The position numbers and the translations under genes are program-made. Positions 53,571 to 64,000 of a stretch of DNA of 64,000 bases are shown one piece after another. Position 1 is the stretch's first letter; each line of letters starts with the position of its first letter. The notes beneath the pieces are model-generated. The model ran no database searches, was not told the origin of the DNA, and was given only the letters and a program-made list of their open reading frames with translations. The stretch is from positions 38,564,001 to 38,628,000 of the forward strand of contig NC_043003.1 in the NCBI RefSeq assembly GCF_006345805.1. Reading direction: 5' to 3'. The stretch is from Octopus sinensis. Taxonomy: Eukaryota.

Positions 53571-55243
53571 CAGCAACAACAAACGTGGAATCTCTGTGGT
53601 TGGTTGGTCGATCTGCTAAGAATAGTAGCCAAAATATCCTTCAAATTCACTTACAAGCTTACAAGGACACATTTGATAAATGTAGACTTACATACCCTTA
53701 AAAAAGACCGGATGGTTACGATTGGAACGTATTTGATCTGTAGGTTTTCACAATCAATCCATTCCTAGGGCTAAACAATATCAACTCTTCCCTTCTCCGT
53801 TCTCCACCCCTACCATCGCCTTCGTCACCCCACCATTACATTGCTTCTTCCTTCTCTACTTCACCCCCTCATCCTGTCTTCGTCACCACCAACACCACTA
53901 ATATTGCTACCTCTTTCCCCTTCTCTACTTTCCTCCGTCGTCACCATCATTTCTCTCCTTATAGCCTCTACCACTACTATCACCACCACCACCATGACAA
54001 CTACTCGCATTGTGTCGTTATGCTTCAATCTCTTCCTCCTTCACTGCTTCTTTCATACACATTCTCTGTCTCTTTCTCTTCATAGACATTCGCATTCTCT
54101 TTCCTTCTCTCTATCATTACTTCACCCTCTTTGTCCCTTTCCCCACGCACACATTTTATTCTCTTTCTTTTTCACATACATTCTTAGTCTCTTTCCCTCT
54201 CTTTCTCATTATCTCACCTCTTTCACTTTCTCTTCACACGCTTTCATTCTCTTTTCTTTCTATTTAACATTCTCTCTCCCTTTTCTCTATACTTTCCTCT
54301 TCGTCGTATTTGCAGTTATTGAAAGTGAGGGACAAGACTAGAAATGCTTGAGAGGGTGTTGTACTAATAATGGTAGCGGTGGTAGTGCACTGCTGTCTGT
54401 GTTACTAGCAGTATTCAGGTGTTAGTGCATTGTAGCTGATGGTGGTAACAGTGCTGTGTTGCAGTTAGTGTTGTAGTTGGTGTTGGTAGCGGTGTTAGCG
54501 ATAGTGGTGATGACAATGTTACGTTACCAGTGGTGCTAGTACTGCGAATACTGCTGGTGATGATGGTGGTATGTTGTGTTACAGTTGGTGTTGGTGGTGG
54601 TACAGCTGCTGTACTTTGGTGTTTCTTGTTACTGTGGTAGTGGTTTTAGATTACTTATTGGTGTTATGGTAGTGGAGACTGTGATGGTATTATTAAAGTG
54701 ACGCTGATAGTGCGCTATGCTGTTGCTTATGGTTGTGTCTACGTGAGGGAGAGAGGTTATGTTGGTGGCGCTTCTATTGTGTCAGTCGCGGTGCTATGCT
54801 GTTTGCGTGATCGTTCTATGACTGATAGGGGTGGTGGTGGTGATGGTATTGTGACGGTATTAGTGGTATTTTAATATGGTTGTTGATGTTGCTTATCGTT
54901 TGTGTTGCGATGGCGGCGGTGGTGACATCAGCATCAATGTTACACGGTTGATATTCATAGTGGTGATGGTGTCACGCTAGAATAAAAAAATATGAAAATG
55001 ATATATTAGTAGTTCCTTCTATTATAAAGTATAAGGACTGGAATTTTTGGAAGCGAGGGTTAGTGGATTTAATCGACTCCAGTACTTAACTGAATTCTAT
55101 TTTGTCGACCTCGAAAGAAGTGAAAGGCAAAGTCAACGTTGGAAGAATTCGAACGCAGAACGTAAAGACGGATGAAATGCCGCTAAGCATTTTATCCGGC
55201 GTGTAACGATTCTAACAGCTCACCGCCTTAGAATGATATATAT

Positions 55244-55475
55244 GTTTCTTTATTACCCACAAGGGGCTAAACATAGAGGGGACAAACAAAGACAGACAAA
55301 TGGATTAAGTCGATTACATCGACCTCAGTGCGTAACTGGTACTTAATTTATCGACCCCGAAAGGATGAAAGGTAAAGTCGACCTCGACGGAATTAGAACT
55401 CAGAACGTAACGGGAGACGAAATACGGCTACGCATTTCGCCCGGCGTGCTAACTGTTCTGCCAGCTCGCCGCCTT
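55244..55475 (-). mobile_element. Second tRNA-derived SINE family (AAGGCGGCGAGCTGGCAGAA head), young full-length copy with 13-bp TSD
   Basis: TSD tagaatgatatat at 55229-55241 and 55477-55489, CpG-rich. Older copies at ~14590-14790, 16545-16700, 22432-22650, 55020-55229 and 56690-56910. Confidence 0.85.
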
Positions 55476-56186
55476 ATAGAATGATATATCATAATGATGG
55501 TGGTATTGGATTGGATTATGTTGCAATTATTTACACCCTGGTCAACCCTGTTTCAGCACGACCTATCATCAAATGCATCCTAAAACATGACCAATCTGAA
55601 TTTTTAGTGGTATATATACACAACTACATCGTTTAATGTAATAGGGTATGATTTAAGAGAAGTTTGACTTTCATTTCTAACTTGCCGAACGACCATATAG
55701 AAGCCCCCTCGCAGACTCGTGTTATTGTTGCCGGTAATATTGCTGTTGCTCTCTTGTTCTTATTGCAGTAATTATAGCGGTGAAGGTGACGGCAGAGGCA
55801 ACAATGATGAAGAGGGTGGTGATGGTGATGTAGAGTCTTGTTGTTGGTAGTGGTGACGGCGATGTTATTGATATTTCGTGATTGTGTTAATTTTTGGTTT
55901 TTAGTATCTTTTTGTTAATTTTCAGTTTTGTTTAGCGTCTCTCTCTCTCTCTCTCTCTCTCAACACTCGTAAAAGCTGTAAGCGACCATCTTCCATGCCA
56001 TCTTTCGTATCCTCTCTCGTTCCTCTCATTCAAGAAAGAGAAGAAATTAATGAATGATATATTAAACATCTACATATATACACATATGGGTATATTTATA
56101 TATAAGTATAAATTAAAATATACATGCGTTCCTACATAGATATACGTGTATGTATGTATATGTATGTGTGTCTATGTGTCTGTCTT

Positions 56187-56223
<37 letters not shown>

Positions 56224-57338
56224 AGAAACAGACAGAAGACAGGCAAGCATACAGACACGCCGACAGAGACAGAAAGATAGACAGACACACCGACAGAGAC
56301 AGGCAGGCAGAAACAGTGAATCGAAAACCGATAAATATATAAATATACCAAAGTTAAGTACACTGGAAAAATGCTAGCCAAAATATGCTTAAAGTCACCG
56401 TAACTTTGTATTCAATAGCACTATATACCAGATAAGGTCCAATAAATAAACAGCCGTCGCTCTAGTTCGCGTATCACTTGGTTTCATAATTCACCATAGC
56501 TTTTACCTATGCTTTGGGAAACCCATTTCGTCGTGAGCAAACACAGAGGCACCCTTTCCAGCTCCCCATCCTTGACCCAGCAAAGCAACAAAGATGTGAC
56601 TCATAGTTGTAATTTCATATTATCAGTCCCGGAAGGATGACTTCGACAGCGTTTGAACTCTGAATATAAAGTGCCGGTACACATAATTTTTTTTTTCTAC
56701 TATCGACACAAGACCTGAAAGTCTGGGGTAAGGAGCTAGTCGATGGCATCGATCCAATGCTTAACTGGCATATATTTTATTGTCCCATAAAGGATAAAAG
56801 ACAAAGTCGACTTCAGCAGCATTTGAACTCAGAACGTAAAGTCAGAAGACATGCAGCTTAGCATGTTTTTTTCCTGCGTGCTAACGATTCGGCCAACTCA
56901 CCGCCTTGGAGCTGGTACAAATAATCTTTTCTGCTATACGCACAATGCCTGAAATTTAGTCAACTACATCAACTTCAATGCTCAACTGGTACTTATTTTA
57001 TAGACTCCGAAAAGACGAAAGGCAAAACTCGAACAAATAACACAAAGTATTTGGTCCGCGTTCTCCGCTAATAGGTGAAGCGTCGGACGAAATATCTTGC
57101 AGTATCTGGTTAAATTTCTCTGAGTTCAAAGTACTGAGTCGCACCACGGTCCGCTGTTTGCAGGAGACTGCAATGATAGACCTTTTCCAGCTAGAAATAT
57201 TTTCCATTACCCTATTTCAACCCCTACGTTATGTAATTTGTGTAGAAACAAAGAATTATCTCTCTATTGTGTGTGTGTATGTGCGTGTGTGTGTGTGTGT
57301 GCGTGTGCATGTGCGTGTGTGCGCGCGTGTGTTTATCA

Positions 57339-57387
<49 letters not shown>

Positions 57388-57484
57388 ATTTGGCTATCTG
57401 AACCTGGCGAGCTAGATTTACGTAAGGAACCAAACGAAACTTATGTTGCATGGGGCCAAATTAAACTTGTTTTAGATAATAATA

Positions 57485-57528
<44 letters not shown>

Positions 57529-57884
57529 TATAAGCCGCCGTGTGTGTGCATGTGTCCGCCACCGCCGCTTGACAACCGGTGTCGGTTTGTTTACGTCCCG
57601 TTACATAGCAGAAAGAGACCGATAGTAACAGGTTTTGAAAAACATGTAATAATTACTGGGATCGATTTGTTCGACTCAAACCTTCAAGGTGGTGCCTCAG
57701 CTTAGCCACGTGGTCTAATGAATGAAACAAATAAAAAGGTAAACGACATTCATGTTTGGTTTTATGTGAAGTTGCTTATAAAAAAATACAACTTAACATT
57801 AAAGCTGAAGGATTGCTCAGAACCTTTTTCTAGTAGAGTACAACCGATACTTCGAAGTCACTGTCAACCTTTCCTTTACAAAAA

Positions 57885-57971
<87 letters not shown>

Positions 57972-58318
57972 AATTCAAATTTTGTGGTTGAAACCTTTTG
58001 GATTTTCTAGTGCTAGAATGAGCCACATAGTGACCATTCTCTTATATTATATATATATATTAAAATGTGGAAGGCCAGTTTATGGGATTACCTTAAGCAT
58101 CTCGTCCATAAAGGATTTAGCTGTTGCAGAGTTAATTTAAATTTGGCCATGGTGGATCGAATCCACTTCATGCATGCAAGATCCACTACACACACACACA
58201 TATATATATATATACACCAGAGTATGCACATAAATGTGAAATAAGGTGGAAAAATAGTACTCGAATACCGGAGGTAGAGTAATATATTTTTTATTAATAA
58301 ATCTGCAAAGACATCACC

Positions 58319-58362
58319 AAAACTGCTACTCAGTTTCACGTTCCCGTTCGTCGGACAGTTTT
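58319..58362 (-). ncRNA. Minimal type I hammerhead ribozyme-like motif
   Basis: Stem I aaaactgt/gcagtttt, core CCGACGA (U4C variant of CUGANGA), stem II ACG-GGAA-CGT, GAA, short palindromic stem III ACT-G-AGT, cleavage triplet GUA. Confidence 0.65.
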
Positions 58363-58370
58363 GGTTCAGA

Positions 58371-58415
58371 AAAACTGTCGGACGGACGGTAACGTGAAAC
58401 TCTGAGTAACAGTTT
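58371..58415 (+). ncRNA. Minimal type I hammerhead ribozyme-like motif (core mutated)
   Basis: Stem I aaactgt/acagttt, core CGGACGG (2 deviations), stem II ACG-GTAA-CGT, GAA, stem III ACTC-T-GAGT, GUA site. Confidence 0.55.
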
Positions 58416-58688
58416 CTGTGATGCTTTTGCAGCTGTAATAATTATATATATATATGCGTGAGTGTGTGTGTCTGTGTCCCCCACCACCGTATGAAAACCG
58501 GTATTGGTGTGGTTATGTCCTTGTAATCTAGCGGTTCGACAAAAGACACCGATAAAAAAGAAAAAGAAAAGAATTTCGACTAAAAATTCTTCAATTCTTC
58601 AACATGGCCTAAGTCTAATGATTGGAACAAGCAAAAAAAAATAAGGCGAGAATGTATATTTCTTGCTTGTTGATAAGCACGCAATACA

Positions 58689-58723
<35 letters not shown>

Positions 58724-59134
58724 CTGTGCGCGCGCACCCATTTGTATATGTGTTAATTTTCTGTGAGATGGACACATCAGCTTATCCTACCCGTTGATAA
58801 TTTACATCAGACTTTACACGTAGATGTATGATTGCATAAACCAGTGAAGTCAGTGCTCCAGTGTGGCCGCAGTCGAATGATTAAAATCATTAAAACGATG
58901 GTAAAAGAAATCATGTGTTTCATTTAATCAAATTTTTATCTTGTCGCTATTTTCATCTTTTATTTTTCCATTCATCGTTAATTCATTCATAACTTTCTCT
59001 CCCTCGTATTTGTGTATATACTCCCGTCCAATTACTTTATCTTCTACTTAGCTAACATAATTCTTTAACACATACGCACCCAGATACTCATGCACTTTTC
59101 TTCTTTCACATTTCACCTTTTCGAATTTGCAGGG

Positions 59135-59300
59135 AGAGCTCGACTTGCTAAAAATAACAGTCAAAATTTTTCTCATATCACATACTCTCTACCACCTTAG
59201 AAAGAACGACCCATTGGAAAATGTAATCCTTCTGGGTTTACTAGGAAAGAGACAGGGTGTTCACAGTTGGAATGCATTTGATCATACGTCTGTTCGATCA
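59135..59300 (+). repeat. Short interspersed repeat family (gacctgctagaaatagcagccaa...gatcataggtctg...caacaac)
   Basis: Related copies at ~15125-15305, ~20425-20580 and (reverse) ~55540-55700. Confidence 0.55.
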
Positions 59301-60036
59301 GGGATGACATACACCAACAACTTCATCAATTTATCTCCTCCTCCTCCTCCTCCTCCTCCTTCTTCATACACCTCCTATTCATCCCCTCGTTCTTTTCATT
59401 CTCTTACTATTTCTCATTCCCCGCTATTTTGTCTATACTTTTCTAATTCTATTTCTCTCTCTCTCTCTCTCTCTCCCTATCACTTTTCTATCTTTCAGTA
59501 TTTATCTTTCTTCTTAAAAACACACATGTCTTTATGTCTTTTCATTTTAAATGCTCTCCCTCCCCACCATTATCATCTCTGTCCCTAACACACTTCTTTC
59601 TCTTGCTTACACTTCTCTAATATCATAATATCATACCCCCCCTCACTTTCTCTCATCTTTAGCTGTATTCTTCACATCTTTTCTAATTTGATTTCCTCAT
59701 CCCCCCTTTTGTCTGTCTAGCAACTTCTTGCTTTTAAACGCTCGCCTATCACTCACTTCCTCTCCTATTTCCTGCGTCTGGCGAGTTACTTTCTCCTCCC
59801 TATCTTCTCAACATTCCTTCATTTTTTTAATGCCTTTCTCTTCTTTTTACTCCCCCCCCATACCGTGGTTATGTTTATGTCATTTTCTGCTCACACTCAA
59901 TGCTTTTTTACTCGTAGCTGAAAAGGTCAACCTCTCTTTTTCTCACACATAAATACACCTCCTTTGTACTTCACCTATTCACTCACCCCTCTCTCTGTTT
60001 CTCTCTCTCTCTCTCTTGCTCTGTTTCTCTGTTTTT

Positions 60037-60085
<49 letters not shown>

Positions 60086-61239
60086 CTCTCTCTTTTAACT
60101 TCTAAGTTCGCTTGCCACTTCGTTCTTTGATCTAATCTTTATATTTTTCTCTTTCTATTTTATGTCTCAATCTATACAAACACAAGGCTATCGTATTTGT
60201 ATTTAGCACCCACAACGCTCCTCTGAGCTATTTTCTTACAGCCATATATATATAGTGTTGACATGATTATTCATCTATTTTTTTTATTGTTGATATTCAC
60301 AATCAGCGTCACTACTTTACCCCTACTTCTAAACATATATTGATCAGTTAGTCTTTACAAACAGAATATGCTTTGCTGCAAAGGTTTAATAAGACCGAAA
60401 CGTGTCCGTATTTTCATTTGATGGCTTTGCAGATAAGATACTTGCCTATATGCACTATCAATATCTTCCATAAATTTCAATTGGAGTTATCTCCCATGCT
60501 TGTTGCCTTCAGATTTTTAAACACTCAGAGGGAGTTTTTATCTAGTAATTGCATGAATAACCGCAATTAATCAAAGATGTTTTTCATCTCACTATATTAC
60601 GTGGGACCATTTCTTGATTTTATCTTTTTTTTTTTACTTGTTTCAGTCATTGAATTGCAGCCATGCTCGGGCACCGCATCGAAGAGTTTAATCGAACAAA
60701 TCAACTCAAGTACTTACTTTTTCAGTCTGTTACTTTATCTATGCCGAACCATTATGTTACGGGAACGTAAACAAACCAACACTGATTGCCAAATGGTGGT
60801 TTTGGACAAACAAAAACAAGGACACACACATACATAGTGTATACATACACGCATGTGTGTGCGTCATGGGAGAATCCTGAACATCCCCACGTGACTGATG
60901 GTGGACTAAACGATTACAATACATAGGAACTGAGTGAACTGTCAATGGAGAGTCGACGGTGTTAGTTTTGGTTGTGGCAGTGTATTTTTGGATCTTTACC
61001 TTTTGACCTATAGATTTAAAAACTAATTTTTTGTAACTAAACACTTTCAAACTTCAGACACTGGTAGAATGTGTCATATAAAACATCTTTTACTCTTAGC
61101 ATTTTTGAGAAAAACTTATATTTACGAAGTTATTTCACGTTAAAGTTGTCTTATTTCGGTAGTTTCAACCAATTAATGACGTGTATTCAGTTGAATAAAA
61201 TTACTGCTGTTGTTTGTCAACAAGGACTTCTGGCGGTGA

Positions 61240-61243
61240 ATAC

Positions 61244-61275
<32 letters not shown>

Positions 61276-61284
61276 TATATATAT

Positions 61285-61319
<35 letters not shown>

Positions 61320-61454
61320 ATGTATATGTATACATATATACATATATATGTAGATATACACACGTATATATATGTACATATACGTATATATATATATGTA
61401 TATATACATATATATATACACACATACATATATATGTATATATACATATGTATA

Positions 61455-61489
<35 letters not shown>

Positions 61490-61499
61490 GTATATTTAC

Positions 61500-61564
<65 letters not shown>

Positions 61565-61600
61565 GTATGTATATATACATACATATGTATATATACATGT
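61240..61600. repeat. Long compound (TA)n/(TG)n/(CA)n microsatellite; similar tracts at 62100-62205, 62290-62367 and 62640-63045
   Basis: Direct inspection; these tracts explain the IYIY/YIYI ORFs. Confidence 0.95.
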
Positions 61601-61715
61601 GCTGACTCATTATTTTTCTCGTTGCCTACGTAAAAACGTGTGTTACTGTCTGTGAAGCAATTAGCTGACCCCAAATTATAATTATGTTTATAATTATAGA
61701 ATATATGTATATATA

Positions 61716-62100
61716 GGCGCAGGAGTGGCTGTGTGGTAAGTAGCTTGCTAACCAACCACATGGTTCCGGGTTCAGTCCCACTGCGTGGCATCTTGGGCAA
61801 GTGTCTTCTCACCGACCAATGCCTTGTGAGTGGATTTGGTAAACGGAAACTGAAAGAAGCCTGTCGTATATATGTATATATATATATGTGTGTTTGTGTG
61901 TCTGTGTTTGTCCCCCTAGCATTGCTTGACAACCGATGCTGGTGTGTTTACGTCCCTGTCACTTAGCGGTTCGGCAAAAGAGAACGATAGAATAAGTACT
62001 GGGCTTACAAAGAATAAGCCCCGGGGTCGATTTGCTCGAATAAAGGCGGTGCTCCAGCATGGCCGCAGTAAAATGACTGAAACAAGCAAAAAAGTAAAGA
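61716..62100 (+). mobile_element. tRNA-derived SINE (well-preserved copy)
   Basis: Head GGCGCAGGAG-TGGCTGTGTGG (A-box-like) ... GGTTCAGTCCC (B-box-like), central (TA)/(TG) microsatellite, tail ...ccagcatggccgcag..aatgactgaaacaag. Confidence 0.85.
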
Positions 62101-62101
62101 G

Positions 62102-62134
<33 letters not shown>

Positions 62135-62151
62135 TATTATATATATATGTA

Positions 62152-62194
<43 letters not shown>

Positions 62195-62236
62195 ATATAA
62201 TATATGATAGGCGTGCTAACGTTTCTGCCAGCTCGC

Positions 62237-62325
<89 letters not shown>

Positions 62326-62330
62326 ATATA

Positions 62331-62369
<39 letters not shown>

Positions 62370-62419
62370 AAATATTGAATTTCTAAATCTCTCGTAGAGA
62401 CCTGTACGGTGGTGGGGCG

Positions 62420-62639
62420 ATAGAATGGTTGTATACTGTCAATCTAACAAGAACGTGACAGTAGGGGGTACACCACCGTTGATTAGCCCTAGGAGGCATC
62501 GAACGCCTCCTGACAGCTTCGACACAGGGAAAAAATGTGTCGAAGCTGTCAGGAGGCGTTCGATGCCTCCTAGGGCTATACAACGGTGGTGTACCCCCTA
62601 CTGTCACGTTCTTGTTAGATTGACAGTATACAACCATTC

Positions 62640-62642
<3 letters not shown>
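62420..62642. repeat. Near-perfect 223-bp palindrome (107-bp arms, 9-nt spacer); MITE- or fold-back-like
   Basis: The arms are reverse complements except for a 2-nt at/ta mismatch; spacer GGGAAAAAA at 62527-62535. Confidence 0.92.
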
Positions 62643-62675
<33 letters not shown>

Positions 62676-62692
62676 GTGTGTGTATATATACA

Positions 62693-62725
<33 letters not shown>

Positions 62726-62773
62726 CAACACATATATATATATACAGACACATATACATATACACCTATATAT

Positions 62774-62850
<77 letters not shown>

Positions 62851-63044
62851 AATATATGTATATATATATATATATATATACACACACAATAAAGATGTGT
62901 ACACACATATATATGCACATACATACATGCATACATATATATATATACATAAATAGATATGTATACACACACATACACACATTATTGGACTTTCCTCTGT
63001 CTCCTGTTTCACACACGTACACGCACACACACACACACACACAC

Positions 63045-63295
63045 AGGGCATCCTTCTAGGAGAAGGTAACTCAGGTAACTGGGATAACTCCAATAAACCT
63101 GCGGGTCAGTGGTTACTGATGATGTTGACTTGTTCTTTTCGGATTATAGCTGCTGTAGCTTAGTGAGTGGGATTGACTCAGTGTACAGCCTTTCCTCACT
63201 TAAAAAATCTTCTTGCACAGGCATTGCACGATAACAACATTGATTAAACTTTGTGCAATGGCCATACTCGATAACGAGGGGGCAGCCACCATATA
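63045..63295 (-). mobile_element. Possible 3' end of a CR1/L2-like LINE
   Basis: Minus-strand ...EERLYTESIPLTKLQQL* loosely resembles the ORF2 C-terminal motif, followed by a short UTR and (GT)n. Confidence 0.3.
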
Positions 63296-63306
63296 GACGT
63301 GTATAT

Positions 63307-63341
<35 letters not shown>

Positions 63342-64000
63342 TAGGGTAAATGTTTTTAAATTTTCACCTAATTTCTGAATTAATAATACTTGGCGGTGTG
63401 AGTTATGGCTGCTCTTTCTGGTGGACGAGTGACCTGTTGGGGTCACTCCTAAATCGTTATATTTATATATTTAGTCGATGACTATTTTCTCTTTTTCACC
63501 AGGCCGCTGGTTGCGATAAATTTCTATTGAATTTTTTTGCTACCCTAAATTGACTATATATATATATATATATATATACAGGTCGTCGACCGATCGACTT
63601 TATAACGATTGCCACGCGCCAGTTCCTGGCCGCAGTAATATATAGTCCAGTTGAAATCTAATGGGTTAAATTGTAGACAAATGGACTCCAGAAACGACCG
63701 TCGAAATATATCTAATATGGTGCTATAACCTTCAATAAACATTTCTCTTGAACTCTTAAAACAAATTTATCCTAATTAATTCTCTGATTTTTGAATCCAT
63801 CATTAATATTTCTCACTGCTCTCGATGTACCTTCTAACTCACAAGGCATTAGTCGAGCTATGTTATTAGTATTAGACACTTGCCCCAAATGCCGTGCAGT
63901 GGGAACGCATCCATAAAGGTCATCTTTTTTTTTTATTTTTAGTGATATTAACAATGTATTTGTCTTGTGAATATGCTTAACTAGCGATCAGTTGACTTAC

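Larger units (their letters stand above)
58231..58436. mobile_element. Penelope-like element terminal-repeat fragment in inverted (head-to-head) arrangement
   Basis: About 60-bp imperfect inverted arms (58304-58362 and 58371-58431), each containing a minimal hammerhead fold; flanked by (TA)n/(CA)n. Confidence 0.6.

Noticed and set aside
53216-53701. 161-aa Pro/Gln-rich ORF as a real protein
   Set aside because: Most of it comes from a ~70-bp tandem repeat whose units are read in different frames; retained only as an ambiguous locus.
60365-60415. ctgcaaa-ggt...acc-gaaacgtgtc, resembling a Penelope-type hammerhead
   Set aside because: Two essential core positions differ and stem I is not adjacent; at best a decayed relic.
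61716-61790. tRNA-like head as a real tRNA gene
   Set aside because: It has only A/B-box similarity, no complete cloverleaf, and continues into a SINE body present in many copies.

Overview
AT-rich, repeat-dense eukaryotic genomic DNA. The SINE/MITE repertoire and microsatellite load point to a cephalopod, most likely Octopus (recognised from memory, not from a search). There is no operon, CRISPR array, rRNA or true tRNA gene, and most entries in the ORF track are translations of microsatellites or SINE-internal tandem repeats. From about 1 to 37.5 kb the DNA is CpG-poor and looks like the methylated body of a minus-strand gene. Three small phase-compatible exons (5935-6003, 2164-2231, <=1-49) join into one open peptide I cannot name; another candidate exon lies at 26619-26698 and a probable promoter/first exon at ~38.5-38.9 kb. 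From ~37.5 kb onward the DNA is mostly CpG-retaining, with a possible second promoter/UTR exon near 52.9-53.6 kb. Mobile elements are a dead full-length mariner (13049-14300), a fold-back pair of mariner 3' halves (31178-32227), a young disabled CR1/L2-type LINE RT fragment (40001-41802), an old LINE relic, a non-autonomous Helitron-like element, piggyBac-like and hAT-like MITEs, and several SINE families. The most unusual signals are a head-to-head pair of minimal hammerhead-ribozyme folds in a Penelope-like terminal repeat (58.3-58.4 kb) and a near-perfect 223-bp palindrome (62420-62642). Coordinates were counted by hand and repeat boundaries are approximate.
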